64,000 nucleotides of DNA from positions 8,370,001-8,434,000 of the forward strand of contig OZ024764.1 in the NCBI GenBank assembly GCA_964016885.1, in the 5' to 3' direction. Both the position numbers and the translations under genes were made by a program. Each line of letters begins with the position of its first letter. Positions within the stretch are counted from its first letter, which is position 1. The notes below the pieces were generated by a model, which did no database searches, was not told where the DNA came from, and worked only from the letters and a program-made list of their open reading frames with translations. Below, one piece after another: positions 1 to 13,300 of the stretch. The DNA comes from Eledone cirrhosa (lineage: Eukaryota).

Positions 1-2042
1 AAAAATCAACAAGCTGAAATACTGTCAGCAGCAACACATCAACTTGACTGCCATTTCATCACTAGAGATTAAAAAACATAACCTCCAAAACAACATAATG
101 TCCCTCATCAACAATCAGAGAAGAGCTGAAGAGGCCTGGGCCATTGAGAAGATCAAACTCAATCCCAAAGTGTTCTTTTCATTTGCAAAAAAACACAAAA
201 TCACTGGCTCTACTGTTGGCCCTCTAATTGATGAAAATGGCACTCTTCAAGACAATGCTAAAACCATGGGTGAGATACTGCAGAAACAATACTGCTCTGT
301 TTTCAGCAATCCTGATATGGCCGATCTGGGCTGTATCGGCGATGTTACTCCCCATTACACCTTATCGGACATAACGTTTGGCGCCCCTGATGTCTTGGCG
401 GCAATAAAGGAAATCAAGCATAATTCAGCAGTAGGTCCCGATAGGTTCCCTGCTTGTGTCTTGAAGGCGTGTCAACACCAACTTGCTTCTCCTCTTGCCA
501 ATCTGTGGCGGAACTCACTGGATGCTGGATATGTGCCAGAAAACCTTCTATCCCAGTCTGTTGTCCCAGTTTTCAAAAAGGGAAACAAATCCCTTGCCGT
601 GAATTACCGTCCAATCTCACTCACCTCTCATATCATTAAGGTATTTGAGCGAGTGGTGAGATCGCAAATGACCCACTTCCTTGAGAGTAACAATATGCTG
701 AACTCCAACCAGCATGGATTCCGTAATGGAAGGGATTGCCTGACGCAACTACTGCATCACTTTGATGACATTTTGAGAGCCTTGGGAGAGGGTTCCAACA
801 CTGATGTTATCTACCTTGATTTCAGCAAGGCCTTTGACAGGGTTGATCATAACATTCTACTGAGAAAGCTGTCCAATATTGGTGTCACTGGAAAGCTGCT
901 GCAGTGGATCAAGAGCTTCCTGTCAAACAGAACCCAACATGTTGTAGTTGAGGGAGTCAAATCAAGCCCAGCCAAAGTCAGTAGTAGAGTCCCACAAGGC
1001 ACTGTGTTGGGCCCACTTCTCTTCATCATCTATATTAATGACATCACTGACATCATCAAACACAGCAACATTAAAATTTTCGCTGATGATTCCAAGCTCC
1101 AAAAGGTCATCAATGGCGTGGATGACCGGATAAGCCTTCAGTCAGACCTACTGGCTGTTACCCAATGGGCAGAAAAGAACAACATGTTACTGAACGAAGA
1201 CAAATTCGAACTGATCCACTTTGGAAAAGAGGATGCTCTGAAACTCCCGTACTCCCTTCCCTCCGGGGAAACTCTCGTGGCATCTAACAACATCAGAGAC
1301 TTGGGAGTAACCGTGGACAGCAACATAAGCTGGACCACGCATATAAGCAGCAAAGTTGACATGGCCCGCAGAATGTGTTCCTGGATCCTCAGAACCTTCC
1401 AGTCGAGAGATTCCCACACCATTATCCTTCTCTTCTCTACTTTCGCCTGACCACACCTTGAATACTGTTGTCCACTGTGGTCTCCCCACACGAAACAAAG
1501 TATCATGAAACTTGAAGCTCCTCAAAGGGCAATCACGAAAAAGATAGATGGCATGTCAGACCTTGACTACTGGGGTCGATTGGAAAACCTGAAACTTTAC
1601 TCACTCCAACGTCGCCGTGAGCGTTATATTATCTGCATGATGTGGAAAATGTTCCATCATCACTGCCCAAATGATGTTGGCATCGCCTTCAAGATACACC
1701 CAAGGCTTGGGCCCCGTGCTATCCGTCCCATTCAAAAATCTAAATCGCAACTCATAACAACAATACGGCACAATTATTTCACCTCAATCGGCCCTGCTCT
1801 CTTCAACATCACACCAGGACACGTCAAAACAGAAACTGACCACACAAAATTCAAGAAGTCTTTGGACAAATTCCTCCAAGTAATCCCGGACAAACCACCC
1901 ACACCCGGATATGTCTCCGCAAACAGTAATTCTCTTCTCGAATGGGCCATGGTGCCCAAATCCTGAATTGAAAGACTTCGCCAGGTGGTGCTATTAAGTT
2001 AGACATGGCCTGGGCCAATACTGGCCAAAACATTTCAAAGTT
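1..2042 (+). mobile_element. CR1-like non-LTR retrotransposon, 3' part of ORF2 (reverse transcriptase) plus 3'UTR; premature stop at 1448-1450
   Basis: ORFs 44-1450 and 1505-1966 are in the same frame and carry [34 protein letters not shown] and the CR1-type C-terminus [11 protein letters not shown] here corresponds to CGA in the twin copy at 39.5-41 kb. Confidence 0.95.
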
Positions 2043-2315
2043 ATATATACACACACATACATACATATATATATATATATACACACATACATACATACAT
2101 TATATATACACACATACATACATACATATATATATATATATACACACATACATACATATATATATATATACACACACATACATATATATATATACACACA
2201 TACATACATATATATATATACACACATACATAGATATATATATATATACACACATACATACATATATATATATATATATACACACATACATACATATATA
2301 TATATATATATACAC

Positions 2316-2360
<45 letters not shown>

Positions 2361-2411
2361 TACATACATATATATATACACACATACATACATATATATA
2401 TATATATACAC

Positions 2412-2442
<31 letters not shown>

Positions 2443-2893
2443 CACACATACATACATATATATATATATATATACACATACATACATATATATATATATA
2501 CACACATACATACATATATATATATATACACACATACATACATACATATATATATATATATACACACACATACATACATATATATATATATATATACACA
2601 CATACATATATATATATACACACACACACACATACATACATACATATATATATACACACATACATACATATATATATACACACACATACATATATATATA
2701 TATATACACACACATACATATATATATATATATACACACATACATATATATATATATACACACATACATACATATATATATATATACACATACATACATA
2801 CATATATATACACACACATACATACATATATATATACACACACATACATACATACATATATATATACACACACATACATATATATATATATAT

Positions 2894-2924
<31 letters not shown>

Positions 2925-3063
2925 CACACATACATATATATATATATACACACATACATACATATATATATATATACACACATACATACATATATATATA
3001 TATACACACATACATACATATATATATATATACACACATACATACATATATATATATATACAC

Positions 3064-3094
<31 letters not shown>

Positions 3095-4541
3095 CACACA
3101 TACATACATACATATATATATACACACATACATACATATATATATACACACACATACATACATACATATATATATACACACATACATATATATATATATA
3201 TACACACACATACATATATATATATATACACACACATACATATATATATATATATACACACATACATATATATATATATATATACACACATACATACATA
3301 TATATATATACACACATACATACATATATATATATACACACATACATACATACATATATATATACACACACATACATACATATATATATACACACACATA
3401 CATACATATATATATATACACACACATACATACATATATATATACACACACATACATACATATATATATACACACACATACATACATACATATATATATA
3501 CACACACATACATATATATATATACACACACATACATATATATATATATATACACACATACATATATATATATATATACACACATACATATATATATATA
3601 TATATACACACATACATACATATATATATATACACACATACATACATATATATATATACACACATACATACATACATATATATATACACACACATACATA
3701 CATATATATATACACACACATACATACATATATATATATACACACACATACATACATATATATATACACACACATACATACATATATATATACACACACA
3801 TACATACATACATATATATATACACACACATACATATATATATATACACACACATACATATATATATATATATACACACATACATATATATATATATATA
3901 TACACACATACATACATATATATATATATACACACATACATACATATATATATATATATACACACATACATACATACATATATATATACACACATACATA
4001 CATACATATATATATACACACATACATACATATATATATACACACACATACATACATATATATATACACACACATACATATATATATATATACACACACA
4101 TACATATATATATATATACACACACATACATATATATATATATACACACACATACATACATACATATATATATACACACACATACATATATATATATATA
4201 CACACATACATATATATATATATATATACACACATACATACATATATATATATACACACATACATACATATATATATATACACACATACATACATACATA
4301 TATATATACACACACATACATACATATATATATACACACACATACATACATATATATATATACACACACATACATACATATATATACACACATACATACA
4401 TATATATATATATACACACATACATATATATATACACACACATACATACATATATATATACACACACATACATACATATATATATACACACACATACATA
4501 CATATATATATACACACACATACATACATACATATATATAT

Positions 4542-4574
<33 letters not shown>

Positions 4575-4581
4575 CACACAT

Positions 4582-4618
<37 letters not shown>

Positions 4619-4690
4619 CACACATACATACATATATATATATATATATGCACACGCACACACGCACACACGCACACACAGAGACACACT
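2043..4690. repeat. Compound (AT)n/(AC)n/(ACAT)n microsatellite, about 2.6 kb
   Basis: Seen directly; starts at the LINE 3' end. Confidence 0.98.
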
Positions 4691-4939
4691 CATGCAAATA
4701 AGTGTTTACCACTATGGAATGGAATGAAAAAAGGTGTTAATGTGTAGACACCAAGGACAGTTTCTATACAATGGCCATATTGAAAATATGTCAGTACATA
4801 CAACACATATAATCAATGTTTATATAGGTACACTCCCTTCTATTCTACCCAATATTCCAGCTTTGGGGACAATTTCAAGGGTACAGGGAAGTCAACAAAC
4901 ACCCGCCTCATATCTCTGCACTCTCATATACTAATTTCT

Positions 4940-5505
4940 AAACCCCTTCACATACCAAACCCCCTGAAAAACCACACCTGGTTTTATGTTACACAAAGGT
5001 TCTTTTCAAAATTTTCAGACTCTTAGATCTCCAATAACCCTTCTCCCCTCTGCTTATTAATTGTTCAGATTTTATCTAAAAACCTTCCATCATAATTTTA
5101 TGTAAGAACCTTTGTTAAGTTATGTTCCAAACACCAACAGTGTCTTCCATTAGAAATATGGTAATGAAAGGGTTAAAGTGTTTATATTTATTTTAAAAAC
5201 TTGTATCATTTTTTTTATGTAAGAACCTTTGTTAAGTTATGTTCCAAACACCAGCAGTGTCTTCCATGAGAAATATGGTAATGAAAGGGTTAAAGTGTTT
5301 ATATTTATTTAAAAAACTTCTATCACAATTTTGTGTAAGAACCTTTGTTAAGTTATGTTCCAAACACCAACAGTGTCTTTCATTAGAAATATGGTAATGA
5401 AAGGGTTAAAGTGTTTATATTTATTTAAAAAACTTCTATCATAATTTTGTGTAAGAACCTTTGTTAAGTTATGTTCCAAACACCAACAGTGTCTTTCATT
5501 AGAAA
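4940..5505 (+). mobile_element. piggyBac-type MITE remnant whose right end is tandemly repeated (116-117 bp, about 3.5 copies)
   Basis: AACCCCTT at 4941; each unit contains GAAAGGGTTAA; TGTAAGAACC recurs at 5101, 5218, 5334 and 5450. Confidence 0.6.
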
Positions 5506-5633
5506 ATCAGTAACCATGGCTTAAACACTCTCTGAACATCGAATGCATTTACCCAAAAAGTAGAACTGGTCTACATCATTGGATGCAAATGAAGTCATAG
5601 GTTTTATATCAGAGAATCACCTAGAGAGATGCC

Positions 5634-6754
5634 TTAACTCTTTAATGTTCAAACCGGCCAAAACTGGCCGAAATTCTCTACCTCCTTCTGTTGAAACTGG
5701 CTGTAACTGGTCACTCAAACTGATGTTAAGGTATTGTTCTCAAAATAAATACTTTCAAAATCTCATAGATTCGATATTATGTGAGGTAATTATGTGAGGT
5801 AAAGCATTTATCATGAAAATACAATAGTATATATAGAGTAATGTAAATGTTATGTGAGATATTATGTGAGGTAAAGCCTTTACTGTGACAATACAATAGT
5901 ATATATAGAGTAATGTAAATGTTGTGTGAGATATTATGTGAGGTAAAGCCTTTACTGTGAAAATACAATAGTATATATAGAGTAATGTAAATGTTATGCG
6001 AGATATTATGTGAGGTTAAGCCTTTACTGTGACAATACAATAGTATATATAGAGTAATGTAAATGTTATGTGAGATATTATGTGAGGTAAAGCCTTTACT
6101 GTGACAATACAATAGTATATATAGAGTAATGTAAATGTTATGTGAGATATTATGTGAGGTAAAGCCTTTACTGTGACAATACAATAGTATATATAGAGTA
6201 ATGTAAATGTTATGCAAGATATTATGTGAGGTAAAGCCTTTACTGTGACAATACAATAGTATATATAGAGTAATGTAAATGTTATGTGAGATATTATGTG
6301 AGGTAAAGCCTTTACCATGAAAATACAATAGTATATATAGAGTAATGTAAATGTTATGTGAGATATTATGTGAGGTAAAGCTTTTACTGTGAAAATACAA
6401 TAGTATATATAGAGTAATGTAAATGTTATGTGAGATATTATGTGAGATAAAGCCTTTACTGTGAAAATACAATAGTATATATAGAGTAATGTAAATGTTA
6501 TGTGAGATATTATGTGAGGTAAAGCCTTTACTGTGAAAATACAATAGTATATATAGAGTAATGTAAATGTTATGTGAGATATTGTGAGGTAAAGCCTTTA
6601 CTGTGAAAATACAATAGTATATATAGCGTAATGTAAATGTTATGTGAGATATTATGTGAGGTAAAGCTTTTACTGTGAAAATACAATAGTATATATAGAG
6701 TAATGTAAATGTTATGTGAGATATTATGTGAGGTAAAGCCTTTACTGTGACAAT
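5634..6754 (+). mobile_element. piggyBac-type MITE (family M) with internal 72-bp satellite, about 13 copies; right end lost at an RTE junction
   Basis: The left ~150 bp match the reverse complement of the monomer at 46134-46351; the 72-bp unit GAGATATTATGTGAGGTAAAGCCTTTACTGTGAAAATACAATAG... follows. Confidence 0.85.
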
Positions 6755-7255
6755 ACCTGGGACGATCTGATAAATTCCGACCTTACACACTTGCACCTCT
6801 CTAAGACAATGTCACTGGACCGAGATCTTTGGCGCTACACAGTAATACAGAAGACCCGCCTTGCCTATGTACAAAGCAAAACCTACAGTCAGTAGGCACC
6901 TCTTAACCAAATATACACCCAAACCCACCATCCCATACTCTATCCTCCCACTCCCACCAACACCACCTTCTCTCTGTAAAGTTATTTTGGTACCACAACA
7001 TCCAGTCCAATCTAAAGAGGTTGTGTAGGTGTCACGACAAAAAGCACCCAGTCCACACTGTAAGGTGGTCGTGTAGGGGGTATGTCCACACTGTAAATGT
7101 GGTTGGTGTTAGGAAGGGCATCCAGCCATAGAAAACCCGCCAGATGGTCCTATACCAGCAAAACATGGTCACCCGACGAACCTTGCCTCAAGTGGGACAT
7201 TTCCCATCTAAACCCATGCTGGCGTGGAAGATGGACGTTAAACAATGATGATGAT
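6755..7255 (+). mobile_element. RTE LINE subfamily A, 3' fragment with (GAT)n tail
   Basis: Similar to 18715-19226; encodes TWDDLINSDLTHLHLSKTMSLDRDLWRY. Confidence 0.9.
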
Positions 7256-7261
7256 ATATAT

Positions 7262-8170
7262 ATCATCATCATCATCATCACCATTTTACGTCCGTTCTTC
7301 CACTCTAGCATGGGTTAGACGGGTTGTCCTGTTGTGGGCAGTGTCTGGTCGGCTGACCATGCCTTGCTCATACAGGAACTGATTTTGGCTTGATTTCTAC
7401 AGTTGGATGCCCTTCCTAACACCAACCTCATTTACAGTGAGTGCTGGGTGCTTTTTTTTCGTGGCGCCTACACGTCCACTTTACAGTGGGAGGTTGTGGG
7501 GGCATATTGTCTATATGCTTCAGCTTGTACCCATGGGAGGTCGGGTACTCTGTATTACTGCGTGATGCCAGAGGTCACGGTAGTGTGTTTCGCCTTTGAG
7601 AGGTGTAATTGGGTAAGGTCGGCTTTTATCACCTCATCCCAGGTCATCTTGGGTCTCCCCACTCCGCGGTTTCCATCAACTTCTAGTGCTCTGCACCTTT
7701 TTATGCAGCTGTCATCCTTCATACGCATCACATGTCCATACCAACGCAACCGCCTCTCCTGCACACAACATTTGATTCCTCTTATGCTCAGTCTCTCTCT
7801 CAATTCATTTATGCTTTGTCGTTCACGTATATTACAATTACACATCCATCGGAGCATGCAGGCTTCGTTTCTTTCTAATCTATGTAAGTCTTCCACAGAG
7901 TGCCCAGGTCTCACTACCATGTAACATTGCTGTTCGGATACATGCACCATACAGTCTGCCTTTCATTTTGAGGGAGAAGCCTTTTGCAGCTAGGAGTGGC
8001 AGTAGCTCCCTGAACTTCTTCCATCCCCTTCTTACCCTAGTTATTGTACTTTCTAAACACCCACCTCCGCTGCTATTTCGGTCACCTAGGTAGCAAAAGC
8101 TGTCTACTGTTTCTACAGAGCGCTCCCAGAGATTGGTGGTACTTGTTTCGTGTGGCTGTTTGCTGCTTGT
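7262..8170 (-). mobile_element. RTE LINE subfamily B, 5'-truncated
   Basis: Minus-strand [42 protein letters not shown]; (CAT)n tail on the + strand. Confidence 0.92.
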
Positions 8171-8194
8171 GTATATATATATATATATATATAT

Positions 8195-8780
8195 GGTGGC
8201 TGCCAATTCGTTTTCGAGTACGGTCACTACTTTATATCCATGTAGGAGAACCCCTACCAATGCGCTGAACGGCTGTGACTTTTTAGTCCAGCCAGCAACT
8301 TGAAAACTCTGGTACAAACACTACACTTGTGACAATTATTGACACATAGTGCTGGGCCCATGGCACCACGTGACGACAAGTGCAGATAGATCTCCAGATA
8401 TAAAGCAATGCCTGTGCCGTGAAGCTTTTATAGTGAGCAAAGGCAATGCACAAAGCCAGTCCCACTCTCTTAACCAAGATGATATTTACCAAAAAGAAGA
8501 ACAAGTCAACATCATTGGATACCATCAGGGTTGCAGGTGTTATATCAGAGTTTTCCTTCTCCTATAATTCTGCCTTGACAAAGGCTAAGGGGTCATCTCT
8601 CCTGGTGATTTTGGATGGCCATTGACTCTTAAGAGCTCCTTTGCCCTTTGCAGGATGTCCAAAGTCACCCTCCTCACCAGGAAACCTTGGTGGGGTTGCC
8701 AGTTTAGTCGCCAACGACCCGACCATGAGACAGGTTGTACTGGGATACATGTTACCAGTAGCACCAACTGGTGACCTGAC
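8195..8780 (-). mobile_element. Probable RTE-type 5'UTR fragment
   Basis: Minus strand contains TAGGAGAAGGAAAACTCTGA and CTGGCAACCCC, motifs I recall from RTE-type 5'UTRs; no ORF. Confidence 0.5.
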
Positions 8781-8989
8781 ATATACACACACATATATAT
8801 ATGCTATTTTGTAGCAGAGTAATTAAGATATATCTGTTGCTAGAGGAAAGCTGATGAAACAATAAAAGGTGGGTACATTCTTGGGTACAATATCAGGCTG
8901 GGCATGGTGGGGGGGGGGGGGGGGGCTTTGGGTTTGGGGTGAGGTGCGGTGGGAGAGCAGAGTAGCCTGGGTGTTGTCTTTGACCCCCT

Positions 8990-10201
8990 TGGTGATGGTG
9001 GTGGGGCTGTTGGTTGTGGTGTTGGTGGTGTTGTTGTTGGTGTTGGTGGTGGTAGTGGTGGTGTTGGTTGTGGTGTTGTTGGTGCTGTTGTTGGTGGTGG
9101 TAGTGGTGGTGGTGGTGTTGTTGGTGTTGGTGTTGGTGGTGGTAGTGGTGGTGGTGGTAGTGGTGGTGTTGGTGTTGTTGTTGTTGGTGGTAGTGGTGGT
9201 GGTGGTAGTGGTGGTAGTGGTGATGTTGGTGGTGGTGGTGGTGTTGTTGGTGCTGTTGTTGGTGTTGGTGGTGGTAGTGGTGGTGGTGGTAGTGGTGGTG
9301 TTGGTGTCGTTGTTGTTGGTGTTGGTGGTGGTGGTAGTGGTGGTGGTGGTGGTAGTGGTGGTAGTGGTGGTAGTGGTGGTGTTGGTGGTGGTGTTGGTGG
9401 TGGTGTTGTTGGTGGTGTTGTTGGTGTTGGTGGTGGTAGTGGTGGTGGTGGTGGTGGTGTTGGTGTTGTTGTTGGTGATAGTGGTAGTGGTGGTGTTGGT
9501 GCTGGTGTTGTTGGTGCTGGTGGTGGTGGTAGTGGTGATGTTGGTGGTGGTGTTGTTGTTGGTGATAGTGGTAGTGGTGGTGTTGGTGCTGGTGTTGTTG
9601 GTGCTGGTGGTGGTGGTAGTGGTGATGTTGGTGGTGGTGTTGTTGTTGGTGATAGTGGTAGTGGTGGTGTTGGTGCTGGTGTTGGTGGTGGTAGTGGTGA
9701 TGTTGGTGGTGGTGTTGTTGGTGTTGTTGTTGGTGTTGGTAGTGGTGGTGTTGTTGGTGTTGGTAGTGGTGGTGTTGGTGGTGTTGTTGGTGTTGGTAGT
9801 GGTGGTAGTGGTGATGTTGGTGGTGGTGGTGTTGTTGTTGGTGATAGTGGTAGTGGTGGTGTTGGTGCTGGTGTTGTTGGTGCTGGTGGTGGTGGTAGTG
9901 GTGATGTTGGTGGTGGTGTTGTTGGTGTTGTTGTTGGTGATAGTGGTAGTGGTGGTGTTGGTGGTGGTGTTGTTGGTGCTGGTGGTGGTGGTAGTGGTGG
10001 TGTTGTTGGTGTTGGTAGTGGTGGTGTTGGTGGTGTTGTTGGTGGTGGTGGTGGTAGTGGTGGTGGTGTTGGTAGTGGTGGTGGTAGTGGTGGTGTTGGT
10101 GGTAGTGGTGGTAGTGGTGGTGGTAGTGGTGGTCGTATTGGTGGTGGTAGTGGTGGTAGTAGTGGTGGTAGTGGTAGTGGTAGTGATGGTGGTGGTGGTG
10201 G
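8990..10201. repeat. Imperfect (GGT/GTT/AGT)n trinucleotide tract, about 1.2 kb
   Basis: Seen directly; contains internally duplicated blocks. Confidence 0.95.
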
Positions 10202-10214
10202 TATATATATATAT

Positions 10215-10322
10215 ATCATCCAAGGTTTTTCTGGGTCTATCTACCCCGTAAATTCCATCAATTTTGATCGCCCTGCACTTTTTTATGCAGCTGTCGTCTT
10301 TCATGCGCATCACGTGACCACA
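10215..10322 (-). mobile_element. Short RTE-A ORF fragment
   Basis: HVMRMKDDSCIKKCRAIKIDG...RPRKTLD on the minus strand. Confidence 0.8.
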
Positions 10323-13300
10323 TATTGTAGAGCTAACATAGGGTACTAAATACCCAGGTACACATTGTAGAGTTAGCGTAGGGTACTAAATATCCTGATA
10401 TACATTGTAGAGCTAGCCTAGGGTACTAAATACCCAGAGCATACTGTAGAGTTAGCCTAGGGGACTAAATACCCAGGTACACATTGTAGAGTTAGCCTAG
10501 GGGACTAAATACCCAGGTACACATTGTAGAGTTAGCCTAGGGGACTAAATACCCAGGTACACATTGTAGAGTTAGCCTAGGGGACTAAATACCCAGAGCA
10601 TACTGTAGAGTTAGCCTAGGGAACTAAATACCCAGGTATACACTGTAGAGTTAGCCTAGGGTACTAAATACCTAGGTTCACATTGTAGAGCTAGCGTAGG
10701 GGACTAAATACCCAGGTACACATTGTAGAGTTATCCTCGGGTGCTAAATACCCAGATACACATTGTAGAGCTAGCCTAGGGTGTTAAATACCCAGGTACT
10801 CATTTTAGAGCTAGCCTAGGGTACTACATACCCAGAGCATACCGTAGAGCTAGCCTAGGGTACTAAATACCTAGGTTCACATTGTAGAGCTAGCCTACAG
10901 TACTAGATACCTAGATACACACTGTAGAGTTAGCCTAGAGTACTAAATACCTAGATACACACTGTAGAGCTAGCCTAGAGTACTAGATACCTAGATACAC
11001 ATTGTAGAGCTAGCCTAGAGTACTAGATACCTAGATACACACTGTAGAGCTAGCCTAGAGTACTAGATACCTAGATACACATTGTAGAGCTAGCCTACAG
11101 TAGTAGATACCTAGATACACACTGTAGAGCTAGCCTAGAGTACTAGATACCTAGATACACACTGTAGAGCTAGCCTAGAGTACTAGATACCCAGGTACAC
11201 ACTGTAGAGCTAGCCTAGAGTACTAGATACCTAGATACACACTGTAGAGCTAGCCTAGAGTACTAGATACCTAGATACACATTGTAGAGCTAGCCTAGAG
11301 TACTAGATACCTAGATACACATTGTAGAGCTAGCCTAGAGTACTAGATACCCAGGTACACATTGTAGAGCTAGCCTAGAGTACTAGATACCTAGATACAC
11401 ATTGTAGAGCTAGCCTAGAGTACTAGATACCCAGGTACACATTGTAGAGCTAGCCTAGAGTACTAGATACCTAGATACACACTGTAGAGCTAGCCTAGAG
11501 TACTAGATACCTAGATACACACTGTAGAGCTAGCCTAGAGTACTAGATACCCAGGTACACATTGTAGAGCTAGCCTAGAGTACTAGATACCCAGGTACAC
11601 ATTGTAGAGCTAGCCTAGAGTACTAGATACCCAGGTACACACTGTAGAGCTAGCCTACAGTACTAGATACCCAGGTACACATTGTAGAGCTAGCCTAGAG
11701 TACTAGATACACACTGTAGAGCTAGCCTAGAGTACTAGATACCTAGATACACACTGTAGAGCTAGCCTAGAGTACTAGATACCCAGGTACACACTGTAGA
11801 GTTAGCCTAGAGTACTAGATACCTAGATACACACTGTAGAGCTAGCCTAGAGTACTAGATACCCAGGTACACATTGTAGAGCTAGCCTAGAGTACTAGAT
11901 ACCCAGGTACATATTGTAGAGCTAGCCTAGGGTACTAGATACCTAGATACACACTGTAGAGCTAGCCTAGAGTACTAGATACCTAGATACACACTGTAGA
12001 GCTAGCCTAGAGTACTACATACTTAGATACACACTGTAGAGCTAGCCTAGAGTACTAGATACCTAGATACACATTGTAGAGCTAGCCTAGAGTACTAGAT
12101 ACCTAGATACACATTGTAGAGCTAGCCTAGAGTACTAGATACCCAGGCACACATTGTAGAGCTAGCCTAGAGTACTAGATACCCAGGTACACATTGTAGA
12201 GTTAGCGTAGGGTACTAGATACCCAGGTACACACTGTAGAGCTAGCCTAGAGTACTAGATACCTAGATACACATTGTAGAGCTAGCCTAGAGTACTAGAT
12301 ACCTAGATACACATTGTAGAGCTAGCCTAGAGTACTAGATACCCAGGCACACATTGTAGAGCTAGCCTAGAGTACTAGATACCTAGATACACACTGTAGA
12401 GCTAGCCTAGAGTACTAGATACCTAGATATACACTGTAGAGCTAGCCTAGAGTACTAGATACCCAGGTACACATTGTAGAGCTAGCCTAGAGTACTAGAT
12501 ACCCAGGTACACATTGTAGAGCTAGCCTAGATTACTAGATACCCAGGTACACACTGTAGAGCTAGCCTAGAGTACTAGATACCTAGATACACACTGTAGA
12601 GCTAGCCTAGAGTACTAGATACCCAGGTACACATTGTAGAGCTAGCCTAGAGTACTAGATACCTAGATACACACTGTAGAGCTAGCCTAGAGTACTAGAT
12701 ACCCAGGTACTCATTGTAGAGCTAGCCTAGAGTACTAGATACCTAGATACACACTGTAGAGCTAGCCTAGAGTACTAGATACCTAGATACACACTGTAGA
12801 GCTAGCCTAGAGTACTAGATACCCAGGTACACATTGTAGAGCTAGCCTAGAGTACTAGATACCTAGATACACACTGTAGAGCTAGCCTAGAGTACTAGAT
12901 ACCTAGATATACACTGTAGAGCTAGCCTAGAGTACTAGATACCCAGGTACACACTGTAGAGCAAGACTAGAGTACTAGATACCCAGGTACACATTGTAGA
13001 GCTAGCCTAGAGTACTAGATACCTAGATACACACTGTAGAGCTAGCGTAGGGTACTAGATACCTAGATACACACTGTAGAGCTAGCTTAGAGTACTAGAT
13101 ACCTAGATACACACTGTAGAGCTAGCATAGGGTACTAGATACCTAGATACACACTGTAGAGCTAGCCTAGAGTACTAGATACCCAGGTACACATTGTAGA
13201 GCTAGCCTAGAGTACTAGATACCTAGATACACACTGTAGAGCTAGCCTAGAGTACTAGATACCTAGATACACACTGTAGAGCTAGCCTAGAGTACTAGAT

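Noticed and set aside
1994-4712. ORFs of about 900 aa rich in Y/I/H/T or C/V/M (also at 37-44 kb and many smaller ones)
   Set aside because: Translations of alternating purine-pyrimidine microsatellites, which lack stop codons by composition.
8823-10313. Thr/Asn-rich mucin ORF on the minus strand
   Set aside because: Starts in an RTE fragment and an (AT)n run, is open in multiple frames, and is on the opposite strand to the chitin-binding gene.
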